Positions 43,769 to 54,600 of a stretch of DNA of 64,000 nucleotides are shown in pieces. The first letter of the stretch is position 1; each line of letters opens with the position of its first letter. The notes under the pieces are model-generated. The model was not told the origin of the DNA. It did no database searches and saw nothing but the letters and a program-made list of their open reading frames with translations. The stretch is from Alphaproteobacteria bacterium (lineage in GTDB: Bacteria > Pseudomonadota > Alphaproteobacteria > Rickettsiales > UBA998). The stretch spans positions 6,999 through 70,998 of the forward strand of contig RDZH01000015.1 of the NCBI GenBank assembly GCA_004293935.1, written 5' to 3'. A program made the position numbers and the translations under genes.

Positions 43769-44212
43769 TTAATTATCAAAGATGCAATAAATTGCAACTG
43801 CCATGCAGGTGAACATAGCACCCATCCATGACAATGCCATCAAAGAAAACAGTCCTTCAATGACAACCCGATGATTCTGTGCGAGTATTGCATGGACCAC
43901 GATGGCTAGTGCAAACCCTAAAATAAGTTGGATCAACACGTGGAACGCGATTGCACCACTGTTTTTTGGAGGTGGTGACCACAACACGTTCATCATCAAA
44001 CAAAATCCATAGCCAAGGGCTAAGAGTAATAAAGTTGGTATGATGGAACTTATGTGCCGCATGACATAGCCGCTTAGTTCGTAAAACAAACTAACGGCAG
44101 GAAAAAATAGAAATGCCACCAACAGAAGTTTGAGAGCAACAACCAAAGTTCTTGGATTGATCATGGTATTAGGTTGGGTAAATTTCTTTGTGTACAACCT
44201 GAAGCGCATCAA
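43769..44212 (-). CDS. Hypothetical 4-TM membrane protein
   Basis: Four hydrophobic helices; start uncertain. Confidence 0.6.
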   Translation of the reverse strand: MMRFRLYTKKFTQPNTMINPRTLVVALKLLLVAFLFFPAVSLFYELSGYVMRHISSIIPTLLLLALGYGFCLMMNVLWSPPPKNSGAIAFHVLIQLILGFALAIVVHAILAQNHRVVIEGLFSLMALSWMGAMFTCMAVAIYCIFDN

Positions 44213-44325
44213 AGCGAAAAATAGAGTAGTAATCTACTAAAGCCAATGTGCGCTAAAGAAAGAACACAAAAGAAAGAACATGTTTATGATAGCATAGATG
44301 ATCGTAACGAGCAATCATATATTTT

Positions 44326-45360
44326 TTAATTGAGGGTAGCGCGGGCTTCTTGGGCTACAAGCCCCATAATCACGCCTTCGCGCACACCGCGATCAGCGAT
44401 GGTGATAAAATGAAACGGAAAAGTGCGCACAATCGCTTCAAAAATAGCGCATCCTGCAAGAATAAACTCGCAGCGATCCGGACCAATGCATGGATGCATG
44501 AACCGCTCAGAAGGGCGCATTTGGATGATGTGACGAATAGTCTTTTGCAAATCTTTGACTGCAAGTTTCACGCCATCAACACGGGCGCGATCATAGCGGT
44601 GCAAGCCAAGATAGATAGCAGCAAGTGTCGTGACCGTGCCAGAAGTAGAAAGAAGCTGTGTATGATCTTGCTGCAACCAATGCTGGATATTGTGATGCTT
44701 TGACATGGGGATGAGGTGATGCATCAACCGTTCTACGATTTCATCAAAGAATAGTTCAGCATAGGCGGTATTGGGGATGGTTTCTGAGAGGCTCATTACC
44801 CCATAAGGTAGAGAAAGCCAACCACGAATAGCAGGGGTGACGGGCAATAATGGATCATCTAAATTATGGTTCGGGTTGGGCGTTTCTGCCCACATCACTT
44901 CCGTGCTTCCGCCACCAATATCAAATGCAAGTGCATGATGCACGCCACGTTCAAGCAACGAACAGCAGCCCATCAAAGCAAGGCGTGCTTCTTCTTCGGT
45001 GGAAATGACTTCAAGTTCTAAGCCAATATCATGACGCACTTCTTCAATAAAATCAGCAGTATTATTCGCCCTACGACATGCTTCGGTGGCAACAAATCGA
45101 CTGCGTGTGATGTTATATTTCTCAAGTTTTTCAGCGCAATGGCGTAAGGATTCTTTGGTGCGATCAATCGCAGATTTTGAAAGCTGCCCATTGATGATGA
45201 TGCCTTCCCCTAAGCGTACCACACGGGAATAGCTATCAAGTACTGTAAGTGAACGCCCCGTCGATGCTTGAATGCGCGGGTGCGCAATAAGCAAGCGACA
45301 ATTATTGGTTCCCAAATCGAGAGCAGCATAACATTTATCATGTTGGCGACATTCATTCAC
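44326..45360 (-). CDS. ppx: Ppx/GppA family phosphatase
   Basis: AALDLGTNNCRLL, VRLGEG, ATEACRRA, EEEARL, DIGGGSTE, DRGVREG. Confidence 0.92.
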   Translation of the reverse strand: MNECRQHDKCYAALDLGTNNCRLLIAHPRIQASTGRSLTVLDSYSRVVRLGEGIIINGQLSKSAIDRTKESLRHCAEKLEKYNITRSRFVATEACRRANNTADFIEEVRHDIGLELEVISTEEEARLALMGCCSLLERGVHHALAFDIGGGSTEVMWAETPNPNHNLDDPLLPVTPAIRGWLSLPYGVMSLSETIPNTAYAELFFDEIVERLMHHLIPMSKHHNIQHWLQQDHTQLLSTSGTVTTLAAIYLGLHRYDRARVDGVKLAVKDLQKTIRHIIQMRPSERFMHPCIGPDRCEFILAGCAIFEAIVRTFPFHFITIADRGVREGVIMGLVAQEARATLN

Positions 45361-45547
45361 GTTCTAAACCTTTCGCATTGGATGATGTATTTCAGCAAAA
45401 CAACTACTTCTTAACAGTAAAAAATTAAGAAAATGTGTAGAAAATGATGTTTTGCCGTAAAAATACATCACGCATTTCATGTTAGCACTCTTTTTCAAAA
45501 AAAGCTATATTTTTTATTTGGTTGGTTTGAAAGTGATGTGTGGCAGT

Positions 45548-48103
45548 TCATGATCCTTCAAGCATTCTTCCCCACCAACCGCGACGACGTTGATTGGGCG
45601 GTGGTGTATCATCAAGGATCGCTTCAACTTTCGGTGCTTCATCCATAGGGGCGGAGAAAGTGGACGCAGGGGCAATCTCGGTTGCAGATGCCATGACGTT
45701 CGGTTGCGCGGCGGGTGCGGTTTCCTCCGTCACGTCACGCACCGCAGATGCTTCGTCAGTTGCTCCTACTTTATCACGATTACGACGACGACGATTGCGA
45801 CCGCGCTTGCGAGGTTCGGTTGCTCCGCTTTCTTCTGTAGCTATATCGGATGGTTTGGTGGATGCTTCCTCTTGTTCTTCCTCTAAGAGTTCAGGTTCTT
45901 CGATGACAAGATCATGCAGTTGACGTTGTTTGTTTTTCTTATGTCGTCCTTTTTCTTTTTTGTTGGATGTAGGACTTTTCTTGCTAAGAAGATCATCTGA
46001 AGCAAAGCGCATTCCCTGCTTGCCTTTGAAATGGTAATAGTTACTATCATCTTTCGTGTGCATTTCAAAGGTGAGGGTGACGTTATACATCTGCTCAATG
46101 TTCTGCAACATAATGCGGTGCTTATTCAAAAGTTCCAACATGATAGGCTGAGAAAGCGCGATGGTCACATTGCCTTCGCCATGTTCCGTGAGGAAACTTT
46201 GTAATTGACGAATAATATGCATCACCGTTGCTTCCATAAGGGGAACGCGCCCCGTACCATTGCATGTTGGGCAGGTGTGGGTGGTGCTTTCAATAATGCT
46301 TGCGCCCATGCGTTGTCGTGACATTTCCAGCAAACCAAACGGGCTGATATAGCCAATTTGTATTTTGGCACGATCATTTTTGAATGCTTCGCGCAAAGCA
46401 CGTTCGACATGACGGCGATATTTGTGGTATCCCATATCGATAAAGTCAATCACGACCAATCCACCCAAATTGCGCAAACGCAACTGGCGTGCAATTTCAT
46501 CACATGCTTCAAGATTGGTTTTGTAGGCGGTTTCCTCAACATTTTTCTCGGTGATCGAGCGACCAGAATTCACATCAATCGAGATAAGGGCTTCGGTAGG
46601 ATTGATAACGATATAGCCACCTGATGCAAGAGGTGCGGTGTTATGATAAAGCTCCCCAAGCAAGCGTTCAATACCATAGGCGGTGAATAGAGGTTCGGAT
46701 GCCTTAAATTGTTTGACGCGTGGCGCATGGGAAGGTGTCAATAATTTCATGAATTCTTTGGCACGCTTATAGGCGGATTCACCCTGCACCCAAATCGCAT
46801 CAATATCACCATTATAATGATCACGAATCGAACGTTTGACAATGTCCGATTCTTCATAGACCATAGTAGGAGCGATAGAAGCAATCGCATCTTCACGCAC
46901 CTGATTCCATAATTTAATGAGATATTCATAGTCGCGTTTGATTTCGGTACGGGTACGATCCATGCCTGCAGTACGGATGATCGCACTCATGCCCTTAGAA
47001 ACATTCAATTCCCCTGCAATTTCACGCAAACGCTTGCGATCTTCACCTGAGCCAATTTTGCGCGATACGCCACCACCACGTGGAGAATTCGGCATCAACA
47101 CACAATAACGTCCTGCAAGGGAAATATAGGTGCTGAGCGATACGCCTTTATTGCCACGTTCTTCTTTTACTACTTGCACCAATACAATTTGCCCCGGGCG
47201 CAGTACTTCTTGAATTTTGTAACGACGCATAGTGGGGGTACGACGCACGGAGCGTTCTTCTTGTTCTTCATCGTTCGATGTGGAGATGATAGGCTCAGCA
47301 TCATCAGCAGATGCTGATTCAGTCGCATCGCTGGAGGCTATTGCTGCATCGCTTCCCGCATGTTCTTGAGTGCGTTTTTTGTCACGATTTTTTCCGCCAC
47401 GACGTGTGCGCTTGCGACGCACTGTACGCACAGAACCGTCTTTTTCTTCCTCGGTATTAGTAGAAGCGTCATCAGAAAATGCTTCCGATGATTCATCATG
47501 TGTATCTTCGGGATCAACAGATTCATGCGCGATCACATCATCATGTTCATGTGCTAAGGCAAGGGTTGAATCATCGCTTTCATCCGTAGCAAGGGGGGTG
47601 CCCCCATCGTGATCATTTGAAACTTCTGAAGTGTCCAGCGTATCATGAAGTTTACGCCGTCCGCGTTTACGCGGGGTTTTTGCGATGGGCGCACGCTTGT
47701 GCTTGAGGCGTGCTGGTGTTTCTTCTGATGATTCGTCTGAGTTTTCTTCAGTGTTGCTGCGTTGGGGTGCATCAGCTTCTTCTGTCTCATCCTCATCTTC
47801 ATCATCTTCGTCATCCATCGCTGCGGCTTCACGCAATAATTGCTCGCGATCTTCTACGGGGATTTGGTAATAATCAGGGTGGACTTCAGAAAAGGATAAA
47901 AATCCTTGTTTATCACCGCCATATTCTACAAACGCTGCTTGCAGTGCTGGTTCAATACGGGTGATTTTAGCGAGATAGATATTTCCTTTAATTTGCATCT
48001 TAGATTTAGAGATAAAATCAAAATGGTCAATGTCGTCATCATTCATGATGACTACGCGTGTTTCTTCTTGTTCTTCCGCGTCGATAAGCATAATTCGAGT
48101 CAT
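45548..48103 (-). CDS. rne: Ribonuclease E/G
   Basis: GNIYLAKITRIEPALQAAFVEYG, QVVKEERGNKG, SLAGRY, IDVNSG, LRNLGGLVVIDFIDM, CPTCNG. Confidence 0.96.
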   Translation of the reverse strand: MTRIMLIDAEEQEETRVVIMNDDDIDHFDFISKSKMQIKGNIYLAKITRIEPALQAAFVEYGGDKQGFLSFSEVHPDYYQIPVEDREQLLREAAAMDDEDDEDEDETEEADAPQRSNTEENSDESSEETPARLKHKRAPIAKTPRKRGRRKLHDTLDTSEVSNDHDGGTPLATDESDDSTLALAHEHDDVIAHESVDPEDTHDESSEAFSDDASTNTEEEKDGSVRTVRRKRTRRGGKNRDKKRTQEHAGSDAAIASSDATESASADDAEPIISTSNDEEQEERSVRRTPTMRRYKIQEVLRPGQIVLVQVVKEERGNKGVSLSTYISLAGRYCVLMPNSPRGGGVSRKIGSGEDRKRLREIAGELNVSKGMSAIIRTAGMDRTRTEIKRDYEYLIKLWNQVREDAIASIAPTMVYEESDIVKRSIRDHYNGDIDAIWVQGESAYKRAKEFMKLLTPSHAPRVKQFKASEPLFTAYGIERLLGELYHNTAPLASGGYIVINPTEALISIDVNSGRSITEKNVEETAYKTNLEACDEIARQLRLRNLGGLVVIDFIDMGYHKYRRHVERALREAFKNDRAKIQIGYISPFGLLEMSRQRMGASIIESTTHTCPTCNGTGRVPLMEATVMHIIRQLQSFLTEHGEGNVTIALSQPIMLELLNKHRIMLQNIEQMYNVTLTFEMHTKDDSNYYHFKGKQGMRFASDDLLSKKSPTSNKKEKGRHKKNKQRQLHDLVIEEPELLEEEQEEASTKPSDIATEESGATEPRKRGRNRRRRNRDKVGATDEASAVRDVTEETAPAAQPNVMASATEIAPASTFSAPMDEAPKVEAILDDTPPPNQRRRGWWGRMLEGS

Positions 48104-48380
48104 AAGCGTTCCTGCCTTAAGTGATATTCCTTAAAGTGAGCAAAGCGCGTAGGTCAAACATTATCGCAATAGAGCGTTTTAGCACTCATGATAGAGTAAT
48201 ATGAGAGCGGATGGAGTATGGTTGATGCGCGTCAATCGTAGTTTAGATAACCCCATGAGGGTAAAAACTAAACACACATAGGTTGAGCGATTGTTACAGC
48301 GTGAACACCATTACATCATCATCGTGTCATGCGCACTGCTACATTTAGGGAATAGAGATAGTCAAAGAGTCTATTGAAAT

Positions 48381-48420
48381 ATTTTTAGTTGGTTCAACAA
48401 ATTTTTAGTTGGTGCAACAA
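48381..48420. repeat. 20-bp tandem duplication in the rne/amiC divergent region
   Basis: ATTTTTAGTTGGTTCAACAA / ATTTTTAGTTGGTGCAACAA (19/20). Confidence 0.85.
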
Positions 48421-48686
48421 AAATATTTATCCTAAATAATTTAGCGGTGCGAGATACCTGCCAGATGATGAGGGCTGATAAAAAAGTTGATAGAGTACAT
48501 AAAAATCCTTAAAGTTGCGTGTTGCTATCATGCGTGCGCAACGAAATTATGCGCAAGCGGAAATTCTTTTGATGCGTTCTCTGTGTGGCATCACGAAGTG
48601 CTTGAAATGTTCATGCATCCTCTATACAGATACTCTATAACAGACAACAGCAACACTTTAACCGTTATTTGGACAAATAATCAAGC

Positions 48687-49904
48687 ATGATTTTGCATAT
48701 TCGACTATTTAATGCATTATTTTCTATCCTTCTCACCATGATGTTGATGTGTGTGATGATGTTTTTGGCGTATGGATCGGCTGCATACGCCGTTACCATC
48801 ACGCGGATGACGCTCAAACGCACAGGATTGAATGATGTAGTGAGCATCTATACGAATGATCCTCTAACGCGTCATAGTAGTTATATCTTAGACAATCCAA
48901 TGCGCTTAGTGATCGATATGAATCGCGTGACCAATGGGCGCATCACCTTGCCGAAGATTCCTGCCAATTCTTCCATACACACCATACGTTTTTCACCTTT
49001 TGATGAACGTACCTCACGCATTGTCTTAGATTTAGCACGTCCGCTTGCATCGCATCAACGCCGCATGACACTTGGGCGACAAGGGAGGGAATCAGAATTG
49101 GTTCTGACGTTGGAAGGGAAAAATGTTCCACGACAACACATAAAGCAAAATGTCGCAAAGCCTGCAATCATTCCAATAAAAGCAAAGAGCAAAATCCGGG
49201 CGATCTCCAGCCGTTTGCCACTCATTGCGATTGATGCAGGGCATGGGGGGAAAGATCCCGGTGCGATTGGAAGAAGAAAAACATTAGAGAAAAACATTAC
49301 CTTAGCTTACGCGCAGGCAGTGGAACGTATGGTAAAAAACACTGGGCGTTATCGCACAATGATGATCCGTGATGATGATAGTTTTATCTTCCTCGATGAT
49401 CGTGTGCGTTTGGCACGTGAAGCGCAGGCGGATCTGTTCATCTCGCTTCATGCGGATACGGCAGGGGAAGCATCGGCGCGGGGAATTTCTGTCTATACGG
49501 TGTCACAGCAAGCATCGGATGGGGAAGCTGCTAAACTTGCGGCGCATGAAAATGAAGCAGATAAAATTGGCGGCATTGCTTTTGCGGAAGATAATCCTGA
49601 AGTGGCAGATATTTTGATTGATCTTGCCTCACGTGATGCGCGTATTAAAGCGAATGATTTAGCCAGTTATTTTATCAAACAATGTGGGCGGCAGGCGATT
49701 CGTCGGCTGAAAAACCCTAATCGTCATGCAGGTTTTCGTGTGTTAAAAGCTCCTGATGTACCGTCTATCTTGATTGAAGTCGGATTTTTGTCTAATCCTG
49801 AGGATGAGAAAACGTTGGCACGGCATGATCATCGCACCCGCGTCAGTCGTGCATTGCTTGCAGCGTTAGATACGTATTTTCTACAACACCCCAAGCAACG
49901 CTAA
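48687..49904 (+). CDS. amiC: N-acetylmuramoyl-L-alanine amidase (AMIN plus Amidase_3)
   Basis: LDNPMRLVID, IDAGHGGKDPGA, LFISLHAD, AGFRVLKAPDVPSILIEVGFLSN. Confidence 0.92.
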   Translation: MILHIRLFNALFSILLTMMLMCVMMFLAYGSAAYAVTITRMTLKRTGLNDVVSIYTNDPLTRHSSYILDNPMRLVIDMNRVTNGRITLPKIPANSSIHTIRFSPFDERTSRIVLDLARPLASHQRRMTLGRQGRESELVLTLEGKNVPRQHIKQNVAKPAIIPIKAKSKIRAISSRLPLIAIDAGHGGKDPGAIGRRKTLEKNITLAYAQAVERMVKNTGRYRTMMIRDDDSFIFLDDRVRLAREAQADLFISLHADTAGEASARGISVYTVSQQASDGEAAKLAAHENEADKIGGIAFAEDNPEVADILIDLASRDARIKANDLASYFIKQCGRQAIRRLKNPNRHAGFRVLKAPDVPSILIEVGFLSNPEDEKTLARHDHRTRVSRALLAALDTYFLQHPKQR

Positions 49905-49922
49905 TTGATATATAAAATAACG

Positions 49923-49992
49923 CGTCATGCCTGCGCAGGCAGGCATCCAGTTAGAGCCGTTGCTCTGGATTCCTGCATACGCAGGAATGACG
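49923..49992. repeat. RPE/REP-like palindromic element, copy 6
   Basis: CGTCATGCCTGCGCAGGCAGGCATCCAG..CTGGATTCCTGCATACGCAGGAATGACG. Confidence 0.9.
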
Positions 49993-50130
49993 AGGATACG
50001 AAAAAATAATATACAACAAATTGATCAGTTGAATGTTATCCAAAAAACAGGTTATATACTCATACATATGATAAAAAAGACTGCGATCCAGTAGTTGCAA
50101 AAAAAATACAAATCTATTACAAGGCTATGT

Positions 50131-53115
50131 ATGCAGCCATTACGTCCTCAACCTGAATCTTCTGATCCGAGTGTGCCTCATGAACGTCCGTATCGTAAGC
50201 GACGAAAGAAAAACCGTGTGCTGCGCTTGATTGGCTGGTGCATTAGCATTGGTGCAACCATGTCCGTGATCGGGTCGATCATCGTGTTGGGGATGTTTTA
50301 TTATTTTAGCAAAGAATTACCCGATAGCGGGAGTTTAGCAGATTATCAGCCTGCGGGCATGACGCGCCTTTATTCTAGCGATGGCGTGATGATGGCGGAA
50401 TATGCCAAAGAACGCCGTATTTTTGTGCCGTTTGAAGATATGCCACGTAATGTCATCCATGCCTTTATTGCAGCGGAAGATCAGCATTTTTATTCTCATG
50501 CGGGGATTGATCCACAAGGGATTGTGCGGGCATTATTGCAAAACCTCCGCAGTATGAGTACGGGCGAGCGTTCTTTGGTGGGCGGTTCAACGATCACGCA
50601 ACAGGTAGTGAAAAACTTCCTGCTGACGCGGGAAAAATCCTATGAGCGCAAAATTAAAGAGGCGATCCTCGCTTTGCGCATCACGCAAAATTATAGTAAA
50701 GATCGCATATTAGAATTATACCTCAACGAGATTTATCTTGGCATGGGGGCGTATGGTGTGGCAGCGGCAGCGCAAGAATATTTCGGTAAAGAGTTACAAG
50801 CATTAGCCACCGAAGAAATTGCCTTATTGGCAGGGATGCCCAAAGCTCCTTCTTATTATGATCCGATTCGTCGTCCTGAAGATGCCTTACAACGCCGTAA
50901 TTATGTGCTTGGGCGGATGGCAGAAGATGGCTATATTAACCAGAAAGAATATGAGCGGGCGTTGGCATCACCGTTGATTGTCAATCCACCTTCTCATACA
51001 GCACGTATCAAATCCCCATTTTTTTCAGAGGATGTACGGCGTTGGTTATTGCAGCGTTTTGGGGATGAAAAGCTCTATCGCGGTAGCCTTTATGTGCATA
51101 CCACAGCGGATTTGAAGCTGCAAAAGATCATGGATGATTCCTTGCAGCTTACCTTGATTGATTATGATCGCCGTCATGGTTATCGCGGTGCGGTGACGCA
51201 TATGCCGTCAGATGAGAAAAATCCTACGGCATTTTTGTTGGAATGGGAAAAAAAGACACCTTTGCGCCCTGAGCAAAAATTAGCATGGGTCAAAGAATTG
51301 CGCCCAAAGGAAGCTATTGTTGAATTAGTGCGCATCGTGCCTATCAAAGATGCGGATGCGTCAGCAGGGATGATAGAGGAAGTGCAGATGGGAAGTATCC
51401 CGTTGGAGCATATGCGTTGGGCGCGTCCAATTTCTCCCTCAGGTGTGATGGGGGCAGTGCCATCCAAACCTGCCCAGATTATGCGCGTCGGTGATGTGGT
51501 GCTGGTCGATCCTATTAAGGGAAAAAAGAAGCTATATGCTCTTGCACAAGTGCCACAAGTGAATGGTGCGATGGTGGCATTGCGTCCGCAGACAGGGGAA
51601 GTATTAGCGATGAGTGGGGGGTATAGTTCACTCAATAATTCGTTTAATCGTGCGACACAAGCGAAGCGTCAACCGGGTTCAAGTTTTAAGCCTTTTGTGT
51701 ATTTGGCAGCATTGGAACGCGGATTTTCGCCAAGCTCGCTTATCAGTGATGCGCCAATTTCGATCTCGCAAGGAGCGGGAAAACCTGCATGGCAACCGAA
51801 AAATTATGATCGTGAATTTTGGGGGCCAACAACGCTTCGTACAGGATTAGAAAAATCGCGTAATGTGATGACGGTGCGGTTATCGCAAATGATCGGGATT
51901 AAATCGATCATCCATGTGGGGCAACGTTTAGGAATGTATGATTCCTTGCCGAATGAATATTCCAGTGTGCTTGGTTCGCATGAAACGACCGTTTTGCGTT
52001 TGGCAACCGCCTATGGTATGATTGCCAATGGGGGATTGAAAATTGAACCTACCTTAGTGTATCGTGTAGATGATGCTAAGGGCAAGCATATTTATCAATC
52101 GGATATGCGTCAGTGTGCGGGGTGCGCACAGTCTTTTGCTATACCCGTCAAGAAGAAGAAAGATGATGAAGAAGATAATAAAGAGGAGATGCCGTCTCCC
52201 GTGCCAGTGGCGCGGGAACATCCGCCTGAAATGCTTGAACAACGTGAGCGGTTGATTGATCCGCGTATTGCCTATCAAATGGTATCGTTGCTGCGTGGTG
52301 TGGTGCAACGCGGGACGGCAACAAGTGCGAAAAAACTTGGTTTTGATGTTGCGGGAAAAACAGGCACGACGAATGAAAGCCGTGATGCGTGGTTTGTGGG
52401 CTTCTCGCAAGATTTGGTGGTGGCAACCTATGTTGGCTATGATAATCCGAAAAATCTAGGACATAAAGAAACAGGAGGGCGCGTGGCACTTCCTGCCTTT
52501 ATACGGTTGATGGAACGTACCTATGCTGCTGCGCCCCCACCAACCTTTATAAAGCCTCTAGGGATCGTGGAACGCTCCGTGGATCGTTATTCGGGTGCGC
52601 CTTCTTTGCCGTGGCAACAAGGGGGAAGTCATTCCGTTATTGGTGAAACCTATATTACGGGTGGACCTATTTTTATTCCGGGCAAGGCTATGGAAGAACC
52701 AGATGAAGCGGCGGTTGCATCACAAGAATTACAAGATACGGGTGGCTATATGTCCAATGAGGGGGCATATGTGGGAACGTATGTCGATTCTTATGGGATT
52801 GAAAGGCAGGTGCTGGAGAACAGCACTGCCCCAGTGACAACCACCAATCAAGGTTTTGTACCACCTCCGCCAAGTGGTGGTTATATTACCCCTGAGGGAG
52901 TCTATAGCCCGAATCCACCGCAGCCCCAATTCACCCCCAATTCCGTGCAGGCTACGCCCGTTGCGCCACAAGGATATAAGCCGATACCGTTAGCCCCGCC
53001 AACGCCCGTAGTGCCGTTGCCACGCAATCATCCTGAGCGTAAATGGGAAGATAGACGGCGCGTTTATGATGTGCGTCCACGTACCAATCCGAATGGCAGT
53101 GGCACGCTTTATTAA
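50131..53115 (+). CDS. mrcA: Penicillin-binding protein 1A
   Basis: AAEDQHFY.H.GID, GGSTITQQ, RKIKE, RQPGSSFKP, SRN, AGKTGTTN. Confidence 0.95.
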   Translation: MQPLRPQPESSDPSVPHERPYRKRRKKNRVLRLIGWCISIGATMSVIGSIIVLGMFYYFSKELPDSGSLADYQPAGMTRLYSSDGVMMAEYAKERRIFVPFEDMPRNVIHAFIAAEDQHFYSHAGIDPQGIVRALLQNLRSMSTGERSLVGGSTITQQVVKNFLLTREKSYERKIKEAILALRITQNYSKDRILELYLNEIYLGMGAYGVAAAAQEYFGKELQALATEEIALLAGMPKAPSYYDPIRRPEDALQRRNYVLGRMAEDGYINQKEYERALASPLIVNPPSHTARIKSPFFSEDVRRWLLQRFGDEKLYRGSLYVHTTADLKLQKIMDDSLQLTLIDYDRRHGYRGAVTHMPSDEKNPTAFLLEWEKKTPLRPEQKLAWVKELRPKEAIVELVRIVPIKDADASAGMIEEVQMGSIPLEHMRWARPISPSGVMGAVPSKPAQIMRVGDVVLVDPIKGKKKLYALAQVPQVNGAMVALRPQTGEVLAMSGGYSSLNNSFNRATQAKRQPGSSFKPFVYLAALERGFSPSSLISDAPISISQGAGKPAWQPKNYDREFWGPTTLRTGLEKSRNVMTVRLSQMIGIKSIIHVGQRLGMYDSLPNEYSSVLGSHETTVLRLATAYGMIANGGLKIEPTLVYRVDDAKGKHIYQSDMRQCAGCAQSFAIPVKKKKDDEEDNKEEMPSPVPVAREHPPEMLEQRERLIDPRIAYQMVSLLRGVVQRGTATSAKKLGFDVAGKTGTTNESRDAWFVGFSQDLVVATYVGYDNPKNLGHKETGGRVALPAFIRLMERTYAAAPPPTFIKPLGIVERSVDRYSGAPSLPWQQGGSHSVIGETYITGGPIFIPGKAMEEPDEAAVASQELQDTGGYMSNEGAYVGTYVDSYGIERQVLENSTAPVTTTNQGFVPPPPSGGYITPEGVYSPNPPQPQFTPNSVQATPVAPQGYKPIPLAPPTPVVPLPRNHPERKWEDRRRVYDVRPRTNPNGSGTLY

Positions 53116-53138
53116 TTAGTTCATAGGAAGTACAAGCA

Positions 53139-54252
53139 ATGAAAGCAGAAATCGAACAATATATCGCCCAAATTCGTGAATCACAATCCTTGCTACGGAG
53201 GTATCTTTGACTGGGATACGCTTGTTGCCAAATGTGATGCATTAAATATTCAAGCCGAAGACCCTGCTCTATGGGAGGATCAAGAAAAAGCACAAGCCTT
53301 GTTGCGGGAGCGTACTGCGGTGCAAGCACAGATTGATCAGTTGCAGGGGTTAGAAGCTGAATGTGATGATGCATGTGTGTTGGCAGAATTGGGAGATGAA
53401 GCAGGGGATGAACCAAGTATTTTAGAAGCAGAACGTGCTTTGATGCGCATTGCAGAATTATACAAAACTCTTGAAACGGAAAGTTTGTTATCAGGTGAAG
53501 CAGATGCCAATGATTGCTTTATCGAGATTCATGCAGGGGCAGGGGGAACAGAGAGCCAAGATTGGGCAGATATGTTGCTGCGTATGTATCGTCGTTGGGC
53601 AGAGCGTCGTGCCTTCAAGGTTGAATTGGTGCATGAGCAAGAGGGCGAAGGAGCGGGGATTAAATCAGCATCCATCAAGGTTACGGGGCATAATGCCTAT
53701 GGATGGGCAAAAACAGAGAGTGGCGTGCATCGTTTGGTGCGTATTTCACCCTTTGATAGTAATGCCCGCCGTCATACAAGTTTTTCTAGTGTGTGGGTGT
53801 CTCCTGTGGTGGATGATAATATCGTGGTGGATATTCAAGAAAAAGATTTGCGTATTGATACCTATCGCGCTTCAGGGGCGGGGGGGCAGCACGTCAACCG
53901 TACTGATAGTGCGGTGCGCATTACGCATCTTCCATCAGGGATTGTTGTGCAATGTCAAAATGATCGCTCGCAACATAAAAATCGCGCTGAGGCTTTTTCG
54001 ATGCTACGTTCACGCCTTTATGAACGTGAGTTGCAGATGCGTGAAGCCAATGCCCAAGCCTTGAACTCGCAAAAAACGGATAATGGCTGGGGGCATCAGA
54101 TACGCTCTTATGTGCTGCACCCCTATCAACTCGTGAAAGATTCCCGCACGGCGGTAGAGACTGCGAATACGCAAGGCGTGCTGGATGGTGATATTTCGAT
54201 ATTTCTTTCCGCAGCCTTGGCGCAGCGTGTGCAAGGCAAGCATGAATCGTAA
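53139..54252 (+). CDS. prfB: Peptide chain release factor 2 (+1 programmed frameshift)
   Basis: ORF0 ATG 53139 MKAEIEQ..LRRYL ends CTT TGA; +1 frame contains SPF and GGQ motifs. Confidence 0.97.
53197..53211 (+). promoter_or_regulatory. RF2 autoregulatory frameshift site
   Basis: GGAGG-TAT-CTT-TGA-C: internal SD 3 nt before the slippery CTT TGA C. Confidence 0.95.
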
Positions 54253-54258
54253 TTACTC

Positions 54259-54287
54259 TTGCACGTAGCGTCAATTTAGGGCATAAT
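54259..54287 (+). promoter_or_regulatory. Sigma70-like promoter, probably giving a leaderless mRNA
   Basis: TTGCAC-17 bp-CATAAT; ATG begins 7 nt after the -10; no SD. Confidence 0.55.
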
Positions 54288-54293
54288 CACGCC

Positions 54294-54599
54294 ATGAATG
54301 ATACGCGCCCTCCTTCTCAAGCACATAATAACACTCCTATTGACGATGTTGATAGGTTTTTTACCGCTGTGGGGATTGGTGCTGTGGGTGCTGTTGTCGC
54401 GGGCATTGCGACCTATAAACAAATGGGTCACTTTGATAAGGTGAAAATTCCTGCCATTGGCTTTGCTACTCTTGCGACCGTAGCAACGATTGCGAATTAC
54501 GCGCTTGATGCATCTAAGCCGAAAGAACATATTGATGCACACGCTACCATGCGTGAAGGCACAGTAGAATCATGTGAACCGGTGCGTGAGCGTGTGTGA
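54294..54599 (+). CDS. Small orphan 2-TM protein
   Basis: 101 aa, two hydrophobic helices; tail KP..I....REGTV..VRERV. Confidence 0.65.
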   Translation: MNDTRPPSQAHNNTPIDDVDRFFTAVGIGAVGAVVAGIATYKQMGHFDKVKIPAIGFATLATVATIANYALDASKPKEHIDAHATMREGTVESCEPVRERV

Positions 54600-54600
54600 T

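Noticed and set aside
45411-45428. Possible CtrA box upstream of ppx
   Set aside because: TTAA half-sites are 10 bp apart, not the required 7.
47270-47830. Long acidic/Arg-rich low-complexity insert in RNase E
   Set aside because: Disordered S1-domain insertions are usual in alphaproteobacterial RNase E.
53205-53211. prfB as a pseudogene
   Set aside because: The in-frame stop is the canonical programmed frameshift site.
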